56,054 nucleotides of DNA, taken from assembly GCF_004010195.1 (NCBI RefSeq), contig NC_057718.1:54980934-55036987 (forward strand), given 5' to 3'. The stretch's first letter is position 1, and every line of letters begins with the position of its first letter. The notes under the pieces were generated by a model. That model made no database searches. It worked only from the letters and a program-made list of their open reading frames with translations, and was not told the DNA's origin. Made by a program: the position numbers and the translations under genes. The stretch comes from Chiloscyllium plagiosum. Its lineage: Eukaryota. Of this stretch, positions 38,191 to 50,369 are shown piece by piece.

Positions 38191-38859
38191 CTAGGAGGAG
38201 GAGTGAAAGGCAGGAAAGTGAATGTGAGGAATGGTCAGGGAGTGAACCAGACAGAGAGCTGGAACAGTTAAACTAACCCTCTCTGGACAAAAGGGTGTCT
38301 TTAATGGAAGCAAGGCTCATGGGGAGATGGATCAGACACAGAAAGGATTTTCTCAACCAAATGTAAAAAAACATACGCAGGCTTAATCCCATGTATATAC
38401 TGTGCCTTCCGTGTATACATTTCCTACTTTGTTGAAATGATCGGATGTGAGTAAAATAAATAAACCATGCTCTATGATCTTTGGGTTGTGTGTGTTAAGA
38501 TCTAATGTTACACATCTTCATACAGTTGTCCTTGTTGATTGTGAGAGATATATTGCAGTAGTCCACAGGAAGAAAAAGATATGTATTGGAAGCATATTCT
38601 ATTACCTTAAGGAGTATCAACCGTAATGCTAATGCATACTTATTGATCTTGTCAGTATGAAATAATGCATCATCCAGGTATTGTACTGGTGAAAATTTAT
38701 GTAATCGATTCCAACATTGTGGTGGTTCAATATCTGCTTTCATGGAAGTGAATCTTTTAATCTTTACTGTTGTCAGTGCTGGAAGCCCCCACACCAGCTA
38801 CTGTCATCCCCTGCCAGCATTCCAGAGTAACTGCATTTTCGTTTACAACAAGTTATATT

Positions 38860-40420
38860 TATTTAGCACTCTTACTTCGTAAAGCTTCCCAGGATATTTT
38901 ACAGGAACATTGTCAAACAGAATTTGATATCAGTCTGCATAACAGGATATTAGGGAAATTGTCCAAAAGATTGGTTAAAGAAGTAGGTTTTAAAAGTGTA
39001 TTAAAAAAGGAAAGAGAGTTGGAAAGGATTCAGGAGGGAACTCCAAAGCTTTGCTCCTTGGCAAACAGTTGATGTGGCTGCCATGGTGGTGCAAGAATGT
39101 ATTAGATACCAAAATTGGAAACCCTATCTCACAGGGTTATGGAGCTGGCTGAGGTTATCGATATAGCAAGGAGTGAGGCCAAGAAGTAATTTAAATATGA
39201 GGATGACCATTTTAAAAACAAATTGATGCTCAACAGGGGAGACAATGTATCATGCAGGAGCGATAAATTAATAGAATTCAGTGTGAGTTAGATACGGGTA
39301 GTGGAATATTGGTGGCACATAATTTATAGCAAGTGGAAGATGGAAGACTGACCAGGAATTAATTAGAAAAGGCAAACAAAGCTATCTCTGAGAGTATCCG
39401 CATCACATAAACTGATACAGGGTGGAGTTGGCTGATGTTAATGAGGTGGAAAAAGACAGCCTTACGTAAGGACAGCTAAGTGGTAAGAAGCTCATCTGTG
39501 CATCAGTCATGAGAACAGCGTTTGAAGGCATGGTTCAATCTCAGACAGTTGCTAGGAAGAAGAGTGCAATTGGTTGCTAGGGAACAGAACTTATGTCAAG
39601 GAGTAAAGACAAAGACTTTGCTCTTCTTAGTGTTTGTTCGAGGAAATCTTCAACTATCTCTGGATCTCTGATAACCAGTCTGCCAATTTTAAAGTTTGTG
39701 GAGGATTCAAAAGAGGTAGAAATGTAATAGAGTTAAGTATGGTCAGTGTACTTGTGGAACCTGAAGTTATGTTTTCAGAATATATCACCAAGAAATTAGC
39801 ATATAACAAGAAACAGGTAGGCCACCACCTGTTGGTTAGAGGTGAGGATGGGGGTGGAGGGTGGGGTGTTATGCCAGTTTGGAAGTGGGACATAAAGTCC
39901 TGGCAACTGCTTATCTAACTATTTGAGAATATATGATAGATAGGTATGGGACCATACAATGGAATCCCACTTAACTGGAGGACAGAGGAAATGAACTTTA
40001 GGGGTGCTTTGCTAATGTGATCAATTATGTCAAATGCTGCAGACAGGTTAAGATGGATGACAAAAGAGAGCTTACTTTGTCACAATCAAATAGAATGTCA
40101 TTTGTGACTTTGATCAGAATCAGCTTGGTACTGTGATGTCTGATTGGAAGGATTGAAACAGATCTGGAATGATGAGCATATATTTGCTAAGCAGCTGCAT
40201 CTGAAAAGAGAGAAAATCAAATTTCAGGAGATGAAGTGAAAGTCTCCAAGGGCAGTGGGGCCAACGGATTTTTTAGGAGACAGCAGATGATGGCAGATTT
40301 GAAGCGATGGGGTTAGTACCTGTGGAGAGATAATCATTAACAATATCTGCTAATAATGGAGTAAGGAAGGTATGTTGAATAGTCAGTAGTTTAATGGGAA
40401 AAGGCCAAGAAAGCAGGATG
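38860..40420 (-). mobile_element. Old L2-like LINE fragment
   Basis: Minus-strand degraded RT (LTCLQHL/SAAFD-like at about 40030-40050; LADWLSEIQR) and an L2-like 3' end. Confidence 0.55.
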
Positions 40421-40689
40421 TAGTACCCATTCCATTACAATTTTTCTTGCCTTAGAAAGTTCTGTTAGTTGTTGCATTAGTTTTTAATCTGTAGACAAAC
40501 ATAACTTTGTTTGTTTAGGAACATTTTTCTGACTTTTTCGACTGTGCAGCAACTAGATCTCCAAGAGTCAGGGTTTTCAGCTGACAGGACATTTTGTCCA
40601 CCTCTGAAAAAGTCAGTTTTGTAGCAGCTCTGCCAATCACTGCAATTCTGCAGCCTTTTAATGCTCTACTGCACATGGTTTGGCTGAAG

Positions 40690-40930
40690 ATCATAGAATC
40701 CATTGAATCCCTACACTGTACATGGAGGCCATTTAGCCCAAGTATGAGCCAACCCTCCAAACAGCACCCACCCTATCCCTGTGACCTCACATTTACCACA
40801 TTTAACATCTCTGGACACTTACAGGCTAATCCACATAGACACTGGGAGAATGCGCAAATTCTACACAGACAGATGCCCAAGGCTAGGTTCCTGGTGTTGT
40901 GAGGCAGCAGTGCTAACCACTGTGCCACCC
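40690..40930 (-). mobile_element. HE1-type SINE, degraded
   Basis: GTGAGGCAGCAGTGCTAACCACTGTGCCACC end and HE1 core remnants. Confidence 0.8.
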
Positions 40931-43900
40931 TGAGAGACATTATCTTATTAGACGTGGAATCCTGTCTCTGAGAACCAACAGCCATTTGATTGGCCAAGCT
41001 TTGTATTTCCAGTTGTGCCACTTGGAGCAGTGGTGAATGCTGGGACCACCAAGGACCTCCTAAATTCAGAGAGTCATAATTGGAATAGAAGGGGACCCAG
41101 GTCTGGGTCAAAGGTGTAGGGAGAGAACACCCAAGGAGGAGGTGAGTGGGCAGACTTTAGGGTGGTTGCATAATCTGAGAGAGTATAAAAACATGGTAGA
41201 TTGAAGGGCCTGTTCCTGCGCTGTACTGTTCCATGTTCTATGATGGAAGCATCCAACCCCTTTTGCCCTCCCAGGTCCAACCAAGCTAACCAACCAGGCT
41301 GGTTAGTAATTGGCAACTTGATAGCCTCAAATAGGAGAAGGATGAATAGGTCATTGTGAGTTTCAATTATCAACTATAAAATTGCAGACAGGGCAGAGGC
41401 AGGTGGGTAATTGGTTGGAAGGGCAGATGGGAAATTTATGGGTGCTTCTGGCTGCAGTGGAGGCCAATAATACACTATTCAAAGAGCTGTCCCACTGCAG
41501 ATTGCAAATTGTTTAAAAAATCAATCTAACTGTGGAATAAGGTACCATTCTGAATGTGGGGTGGACTAATAGGAACTCTAGTCCTTTGACTTGAAAGTCC
41601 TTAGAGTATAATTCCCATAGTTCCAAAACACCTTTTAAAAAGTCCTGAAGGTACCAGACTGAATTAATGAAGAATTGCTAATAATTTGAGAGTGTGACTG
41701 CTTAGAGTCAAAGAATCATACAGCTCAGAAAAAGGCCTTTCGGCCCATCAAATCTGTACTACCAAAAATACACTAAATCTTCACTAGTCTTACTTTCAGC
41801 ATTCAACCCATAGCCATGAATTTTCTAACACTTCACGTGCTCATCTGAGTACTTTTTAAAGGCTGTGCGGTTACTCAACAACCTTCCCAGGCAGTGCACT
41901 CCAGACCCCTACCACTTATGGACACTGTATAATGTGTTTTATGTATTGTGTATATTATACATAAAATTGTGTATACACTAAATATGTGAATGGACAATCT
42001 GCATCATCAGTGAGGTAAGATCAAATGCTAACAACGCCCACTGAGGCTCAAGCTCTGCCTGACCATCTATATAGTTAGTAGTGTATTCAGTACAAAAGTA
42101 GTTTCCAGCTGTCCCCATTGATCTCAACTAAGGAAAGCCCAAGTTAAGATCCATAGTGATGCTAACAGATGTACTGAACTTGCAAATAGCCTGCTGATCC
42201 TAACACACCAACAGAGGAGAGATGTCTGTACCTCCTTCCCTCACTCAATGTGGGAACACTGAGCCAGGTGCATTTTATAAGGGATCTGAACAATGTGGGC
42301 TATGGCAAGATGTGTGGCAGTTTCGGACAAGTGCAGCAAGGCCTGGTGCTGTTTCTGGCATGCCTTTCTCTACACCTCACCGAATCAGGCTTCAGTACTT
42401 ATGATTATTGAAATTTAATGGCTAGGAGCTGAACTCTCACTAGTTCTGTAAATCCAAGTTACAGTTGAGTACCATGATTCAGCAATTGCCAAGTTTGAAT
42501 TGATTTAGATAATGCATCCTACATTCACTGCCCGTATTTAATAGAGATGCTAAATATTGCACTATGATATGATCATGACTCATGGCAACTGTTTTGCCAT
42601 TGCTTGGTTAATAAGTATATACACGCACAGTAGCTGAAACATAGATATATTTTTCGTTCATGATTTTGAGGTTGACTTTGGAAATATGAGGAATTAATCA
42701 GTTTTACTTTGGTTGCTGGGTACCTGTTAGAAATTGTTTGAAGATTTCTGTTCGCCTGATGAGGAGTGCGTACTGTCTGCCAATGATGATGTAGAGTTCC
42801 ATAAAATATACATCTTGCTTATCAATCTTCAAAGACCTTAAAAGCAGATTGGCTGGAAAACTGTAAGAATTCTCATCAAAAAAATCAGACTTGTATTTAT
42901 TTAGCTGATTGTCATGACAGTCAGAGTCACTATAAATCATTTTGCACAGAATAAATTATTTTGCAGCGCTTGTTGCTATAAGCGAGTTATAACATGCTCA
43001 GCTTGATCACACAAATGAAGATGAGGAATTAGTTTTTTTAAAAACTATATTGATGGAGAGAGGAGTATTAGCCAAGATATTAGAAGAACTTTCTTTTTTT
43101 CAAATAGCACAAGGAGTCTTTAACATCTATCTGAACCATTGGAACAGGCATACAAGGTCTAATGTTGTTAATCCTCCAAAGGACAGTACATCCAAAAATA
43201 CTTAAATTTCTTAGCACTGATTTGCGATATAAGCTGAAACCCCTGGAATATTATTATCTTAGCTATTCTGGTCTGTTACTACTAGGAAAGTGCATATTTT
43301 ATTTGTAATGTATTACATTTTCTCCCAGGATGTCTGTTGTTCTTGAACAAGGCACCTTCTATCCATGATCTCATTATAATTAAAATTTCTTTTTGAGAAT
43401 GTCACCTTATTTCAATTTGCTTATACTTTCTGATCAGTGCAAGCTGTGACAGTAATTTGGTGACCCTTATAGCGAGTCACACATTGGCTTTTGCTATCAT
43501 CTAATGTCTTCTTCTTATTCTTTCGGTCACTAGACCTTAGTTTGTTTTAACTTGCCTTCTGCATTTCTTTTGAACTTCTCATTCTCTTCTATGCCATCAA
43601 GATCCACCTCTGATACCCTTTTTCTCTCGCCCCCATCCCAAATCTGTATAAAAAGATTTCTCATCCTACGCAATTTCAATCCATATCTCAACTACCTGTG
43701 CACTTCTCTTTAAATGCTCCTAATTATATTCGCATCCATTGTCTTGACCTCAACATTTCCCATGGTTTCTTTACTCCCATTGTCTGAATGAATGATAAGT
43801 CATAAATTTCCTCTTATCCTCTTTTAACTCTACTTATTTCTGCATCTTTCCCTGGAAGCCTTTTCCCTGCCTCGTAGCTGACAGACAACTGCATTTGTTA

Positions 43901-43956
43901 CATATCTGTATATATCTTACTTTGCTTCATGACTCTCTTCTTAGTTAAAAATCACT

Positions 43957-44647
43957 AAGGACTTAAGGAGATGACTAGAGGCAGAGAATCAGTTAACTTA
44001 GTTCTCCAGAAAAATGGTGTTGTTTATTTGTAGAGACAGCAGGGTGCAACAGAGACATTCAAGATTTTCCCCCATCTTGAGGCAGGGGAATGGAGGAGTA
44101 CCAGGCTAGAATATGAAAAGGGGAGTATTGGGAAGTGGAATAGAGATTTTAGTCATGACAAACACTAAGCTAAGAAAAGAGTCATGATTTAAAAATGCTG
44201 GTGTAAGACTGGGGTCTACAAAGTTAAAAATCACACAACACCAGGTTATAGTCCAACAGGTTTAATTGGAAGCACTAGTTTTTGGAGCGCTGCTCCTTCA
44301 TCAGGTGATGAAAGAACAGCGCATCGAAAGCTTGTGCTTCCAATTAAACATGAGAGACTATAACCTGGTGTTGTGTGATTTTTAACTTTGTACACCCCAG
44401 TCTTACACCAGCATCTTCAAATCATGACTCTTAGCTTAGTGTTTGTCATGACTAAAATCTCTATTCCACTTCCCAATACTCCCCTTTTCATATTCTAGCC
44501 TGGTACTCCTCCATTCCCCTGCCTCAAGATGGGGGAAAATCTTGAATGTCTCTGTTGCACCCTGCTGTCTCTACAAATAAACCACACCATTTTTCTGGAG
44601 AACTATGTTAACTGATTCTCTCTCGCTAGTCATCTCCTTAAGTCCTT
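43957..44647. repeat. 691-bp imperfect palindrome centred on a Penelope-derived hairpin
   Basis: 43957-44303 is the reverse complement of 44306-44647 with a few mismatches and indels; 2-nt loop GG; PLE part spans about 44184-44427. Confidence 0.95.
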
Positions 44648-45183
44648 GCCATTTCCTCCCATACCTTTAACAACAACCATAAGGCATTTTTTTTTAAAAT
44701 CAACAAATTAGAGGTCACTCATTCAGCTGTCTCTATTTATTCCCTCATCTAAACATACATTGATCTATAACTCTGTCCTCACCTCAAACCCTTGTTTCTC
44801 ACCCAAATTTTCATTCTCCCTTCAAGCTCATATAATGTAGGGTACCCATCTCCAGTTCATTCAATCTGACCACTGAATTTCCTTTCCTGTCCCTCATTTG
44901 AGCTGATATTGTAAAAAAAACTTCCCTAACAAGCACCATATGCTGCTTTCAAATTGGCACCTTCAAGACACTACAGAGAGTGCCTAGCAACGAGCTATTT
45001 TCCTTTCTTCTCTGTCAAAGAATGTAAGTAGTGTATGGAAACAAATCAAGAGAAAAGCAATTACTATCAAAGTGAAAGCAATAAAATATACATAAATAAG
45101 AAAGCTTATTTTGATTAATGTTGGTGTTTTACATGTATTTATAACTATTTAATTAAATAACTGTTTGGTCTCCATGGTTTCAG

Positions 45184-45364
45184 CCCAAATACTTCAGGAA
45201 TATTCTCTAATGTCCATGATGGCATCAAGGCTTTCCCTCAACGTCCAAGATCACCAAATCGTAATAAACCCCAACCCCACTGTGCAAGATACATTAGAAG
45301 TAATACAAGATTTATCAATGAGCCATTTGCATATATGGAATCTGAAGATACATTGTCAAAGCAG
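45184..45364 (+). CDS. CIMIP6: Internal exon of a C2orf73/CIMIP6-like ciliary microtubule inner protein gene
   Basis: TTTCAG acceptor and CAG|GTAAGT donor; open 60-codon frame PNTSGIFSNVHDGIKAFPQRPRSPNRNKPQPHCARYIRSNTRFINEPFAYMESEDTLSKQ. ARYIRSNTRFINEPFAYM resembles recalled human C2orf73 AKFINTNARTYNEPFPYI. Confidence 0.6.
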
Positions 45365-46204
45365 GTAAGTCTTATGCATCTTAGTTCATGCATGCATCAT
45401 ATTAATTTTATTAATTATTGAATACAGCAAAATTCTTACATAAATGATAATACACAATTATATATTTTATTTTATAATTTATATAAATATTTTTTAAAAA
45501 CTCAAAGTATTCTGAGTTGGATTTGAACAACAACGATTTGTCTTATATACAATCTATAAGATAAGCAAATATGATATTTTAAGGAGCTGAAATCAAAAAA
45601 AGTGAATGGTAAGCTAAACTGTGAGATATTTAAAGTATGTTCAATGATATGGGTTTGAGAGAAACTTCAAATGGAGACAGGAAGGTAAGATAATTTAAGT
45701 CAAGAATTCTAGATTCTGGATCTAAGTAGCTGAACCATGGCTACCAAAGATGTCTAGAAAGTGAGAGATGCAAAAGAGGTTAGATTTAAATGAATGGAGA
45801 AGTTTTCCTAGACTTATAGGGCTGGAGGAGATTATAGTAATAGTTAGGACAAAAATATGGATGAATTTCAACACAATGGGAATTTTGAATTTAAGATAGT
45901 ATGGGAATTGGGAGCCAGGGTGGTCAGCCGGGGTGATAGGTGATTGTAACTTAATGCAGACTAAGATATGGAAAACAGAATTTGGAATGGCATTGTGCTA
46001 TGTTTTGACAGAATGGAAAAATTGTAGGTACATAATATAAAATGATGTAGTCAATTAAGTCAAAATGCAGTTCCAAATACATATTCTCATAATATGAATT
46101 AACAAAATGCTTGCTAAGAACTGTCAAAAACTCCAGACTTAAATCAATGCATTTCTGTCAACCCTGTTACTCTTAAGGTTAAAATGTAGGTTTCGTTGGC
46201 AGCT

Positions 46205-46822
46205 ATGAAGACAGATGCAATGTTGGCAATCATTTCAAGGGATGTACTGCTGAGGCTGTGTAAGCCTTTGGTCAGACTGCATTTGGAATATTGTGAGCGG
46301 CTTTGGGCCCCAAATCTAAGGAAAGATGGACTGGCCTTGGAGAGGGTCCTTAGGAGGTTCACAAGAATGATCCTGGGAATGAATGGCTTGTCATATGAGG
46401 AGCGTTTGAGTACTTTGGGTTGGTAGAGTTCAGAAGATGAGAAGGGGAATCTCATTGAAACTTACAGAATACTGAGAGGCTTGAATAAAGTGAACATGGA
46501 GAAGATATTTTAACTAGTGGGAGAGACTAGGACCCAATGTCACAGCCTCAGATTGAAAGGTTGACCCTTTAGTACAGAGATAAGGAATTTCTTCAGCCAG
46601 AGGGTAGTGAATCTGTGAAAACTGTTGGGTGCAGAAGGCTGTGGAAGTCAAGTCATTGAGTGCTTATAAAACAGGGATATATAGGTTCTTGATTAGTAAG
46701 GGGATCAAGGAATACTGGGAGAAAGCAGGAGAATGGAGAAGCACAACCATGATCGAATGGCAGAGCAGACTTGGTGGGCTGAATGGTCTAATCCTGCTCT
46801 GGTATCTTATCATCTTATGGCT
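46205..46822 (+). mobile_element. CR1-type LINE 3' fragment
   Basis: LVRLHLEYC..WAPNLRKD..ALERVLRRFTRMI..LSYEERL and CR1 3' UTR. Confidence 0.88.
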
Positions 46823-48271
46823 GAGACTACTTTGAATGCTCTGGTATATATTCCTAAATTCCTACTGGGAAGATCAGAAAGTTGCTTGTTAACTCCATAG
46901 AAAGTTGTTACTTAAAAAAAAAACAATTTTAACAAGTATTTATTGATGCTGGGCATTTGATTATTTTCATGCAAATTTTGTATTTCCCATTAAATAATTG
47001 TCACAGTTTTCAGCTGATCAATCTAAATAGCTCAAAATGAGTAAAAATGTTTTGAAAAAATATCTGGATCCTGGAGAATGACTTGTTGAATGTTAACAGG
47101 AATTGTTTTTGCCCTGGAGTGCATGAATGGATACAGCTGACACATGCAACTTGAATGTGTTAGGCAACAGACTTGACAGATGATACGTTTGGAATTAAGG
47201 TCTTGTATTTACACAACCACCGAAAGTTTGAAGAACATTCATGTCTACACATGATCTGAACATGATTATTGTGTAGGTGGGTTTGTTGCAAACTATGCCC
47301 CGGAACAAAAATGTTTATACATACACAGATATTAAATAATTTACATATCTTTATAGCACTTTAGTTAATAGGAAAGCATAATTAGTTTTTATTGTAGTAT
47401 ACACATTTGCCTCATCTTAAGGTAGATATATTAGCTATATAAAAGGTGGATATTTCCTGTAATGCTATGTACAATACTATGAATATTAGCCAGTGAGTTA
47501 TTTTCCACCATACTTTTCCTTTCATGTAATATCATGATACTGAATAGTCAAAATTATGTCCATTAGCAGAAAAAGAAAAAAGAATGGACAATATAAGCAC
47601 CATTTGCAAAGTGTAAGTAGGAAATCACAGTAACAAGCAAAAATAAATGTGGAACACCTGAATAAAAAGAATAAAAAATCTAGCGAATCTTTCAACTTTT
47701 ATTCTTTCTGAAACAGTTTAGAAAGTGTTAGCTGCTGAAAATCAGTTTCTTGTGCTTCTTTTGCATTTCTTATTAAACCACTGTCATGGTTCTTAGTTGA
47801 TTGATCTGAACAGCTCAAAATAAGTAATAATTCTGTATTTTAAAAAAATCCTGACTCTCGTTATGCAGCATGATTTGTAGAATGGAACTGGGTTATTAGG
47901 GTGTGACTCTCTCACTGCCTCTTAGCTATTCAAAACACACTCAAGCTTTACTGATGTAAGTTTGTAATGAAATCCAAGACTCGCACAAGTGTTATATTCT
48001 TGGACTGACTCCTAACCATGTTATTGTGAATTATGGACATCTCTGACAGCATTTACACAACATGCTCAAAAATCCTAGAATATAATCATACTAATTCCCT
48101 TTACGCATCCAGTATCCACTCTGTCAAATATTTTCTGCACTTCGAGGAAATACTGTGGACATTCCATGTAAAAGAGCATTGATTGTTGTGTTAGCTATTC
48201 CTGGCATATAGAAGCAATCATAATTCCAAAATTCTACCATCCACATCTTATTTTGCACATGTTCCCTTACT

Positions 48272-48962
48272 TAGAGTCATAGAGTCATAGAGATGTACAG
48301 NNNNNNNNNNNNNNNNNNNNNNNNNNNNNNNNNNNNNNNNNNNNNNNNNNNNNNNNNNNNNNNNNNNNNNNNNNNNNNNNNNNNNNNNNNNNNNNNNNNN
48401 NNNNNNNNNNNNNNNNNNNNNNNNNNNNNNNNNNNNNNNNNNNNNNNNNNNNNNNNNNNNNNNNNNNNNNNNNNNNNNNNNNNNNNNNNNNNNNNNNNNN
48501 NNNNNNNNNNNNNNNNNNNNNNNNNNNNNNNNNNNNNNNNNNNNNNNNNNNNNNNNNNNNNNNNNNNNNNNNNNNNNNNNNNNNNNNNNNNNNNNNNNNN
48601 NNNNNNNNNNNNNNNNNNNNNNNNNNNNNNNNNNNNNNNNNNNNNNNNNNNNNNNNNNNNNNNNNNNNNNNNNNNNNNNNNNNNNNNNNNNNNNNNNNNN
48701 NNNNNNNNNNNNNNNNNNNNNNNNNNNNNNNNNNNNNNNNNNNNNNNNNNNNNNNNNNNNNNNNNNNNNNNNNNNNNNNNNNNNNNNNNNNNNNNNNNNN
48801 CGGTTTCTTCACGACCCTGTCTGACTGAAACTCTGTCTTCAAGGAACTAGGAACCTGCACCCCAAGGTTTCCTTAATCTGGAACACTCCCCAGGACCTTC
48901 CCATTAAGTCCTGCCCTGATTTGCCTTACCAAAATGCAGTACCTCACATTTATTTAAATTAA
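48272..48962 (-). mobile_element. CR1-type LINE sequence on both sides of the 500-N gap
   Basis: Tail (TAGAGTCA)n left of the gap; minus-strand RT (VQVPSSLK..QSDRVVKK) right of the gap. Confidence 0.75.
48301..48800. other. Assembly gap (exactly 500 N)
   Basis: Run of N. Confidence 1.
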
Positions 48963-49291
48963 TTAGATCAGAAAAAAATCACTAGTCGTTTAGCACATCA
49001 TCCCAATCTAATTATTTATTAAATATGCTAAACCTGAATCAAACCTTGCTTAAACCACAATTGGATACTGTGTGCAGGCTGATCCATCAGGGAGATATGG
49101 AAGTTCTGCAGAATTGGATTACAACAATGAAGACTGCACAGGGAGTGGCTGAATCAAATATCATGCGGGTGTTTAAGGGGAAGACAGACAAGATTAGGGG
49201 AGAAAGGAATAGAGGGTCAGGGTAATCGGTGAGCAAAGGTGACAGGAGTCTCAAGTGGAGCAGTAACACTGATGTGAACTGATTGGAACAA

Positions 49292-49625
49292 ATCATAGAA
49301 TCCTTCAGAGTGGAAACAGGCCATTTAGCCCATTGAGTCCATAATGACCCTTTGAACAGCATCCCACTCAGACTCACTCCCCTACGCTATCAGTGTAACT
49401 CTGCATTTCCCATGGCTAATTTAACTAGCCTGCATATCGCTAGGCTCTATGGGCAATTTAGCATGTCCAATCCACCTAACATGCATATTTGTGGACCGCA
49501 GGAGGAAACCCATGCAGACATTGGGAGAATGTGCAAACTCCACACAGTCGCCTGAAAGTAGAATCAAACCCGGGTTCCTGGCACTGTGAGGCAGCAGGGC
49601 TCGCCATTGAGCCATGGTACTGCCC
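49292..49625 (-). mobile_element. HE1-type SINE, degraded
   Basis: GGAGAATGTGCAAACTCCACACAG core and reverse-complement tRNA-like head. Confidence 0.82.
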
Positions 49626-50178
49626 TAATAAGACCTGTTTACATCCTCTGTAGTGTACACAATTGCCTTCATAGGAGAAAAAAGCTTACACAATGATGTC
49701 AAGCTGATAATTCCACCAGGAAAAACAATTCCTGCAATATTTGCATGCACCTCCAGTTTCCTAACACACTCCACTGAAAGGCAAAGCAAGCTTTGCACCA
49801 GTGAAAGTTTTGCACTAGTGAAAGTTTTCACATTGCAATCCCATTCTGAGACTGTTGCACCAGGGCAATGGGTGTAAATAAAGAAGATGAGGGTAAGAAA
49901 AAAGCTCCACTACTTGGAGACCAGTAGCAGTGAGGCCATATTTATGTTTTGCTGCCCCGCTCGCAGGGTCAAACATGACACACCTCAAGTGGGATAATTA
50001 GAAACACTATATGCAGCAAACACACTGCCTTTGAAAAACACAGTTTTATCTCTGTTCAGAGCCACTCTGTCTCTCTCTTTCTCATCCTCTCTAAAGCATC
50101 ACCAGCTGACAAATGAGCTGGTTGGCTTGCCACCCTTTCACAGCAATATGCCTTATAAGGAGCCATAAGAGATATTAC

Positions 50179-50369
50179 TTTTCATCCATATGACTGCACA
50201 TCTTCTTCAGTTTTTGCATGATGCTGCTGGTCTCACTGCCTGAAATCGAAACAGGGGAGGGACTCCACATCTCCATATCTGTTTGCAGGAGACTGGAAGT
50301 GGGGCTCACTTTGGAAACATTCTCCACTTCTAGTTGTTCTGCATTCCGCTGCTCCTGTCGAGTTGGAAC
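50179..50369 (-). CDS. CEP350: CEP350-like exon (possibly part of a partial or pseudogenised copy)
   Basis: TTCTCAG acceptor and AA|GTAAT donor; encodes ...SPSPVSISGSETSSIMQKLKKMCSHMDE(K), matching recalled CEP350 SPSPISISSSETSSIMQKLKKMRSRMDEK. Confidence 0.85.

Larger units (their letters stand above)
32992..38504 (+). mobile_element. Old Gypsy/Ty3-type LTR retrotransposon, degraded, with nested insertions
   Basis: Diverged direct repeats at about 32992-33284 and 38204-38504; PBS at 33285; purine tract before the 3' LTR. RT (GGLYDYTRMPHGLCIIPATF), RNase H (NYSSITLELLALRW) and integrase (YWPRVTADVDNYC; TTVYHPESN) remnants in Gypsy order. Confidence 0.82.

Noticed and set aside
37747..38276. 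His/Thr- and Cys/Val-rich ORFs
   Set aside because: Translation of CA/TG microsatellites in the PLE.
45165..45368. ORF MVSMVSAQILQEY... as the protein product
   Set aside because: An alternative frame within the spliced exon gives the recognisable C2orf73-like motif.
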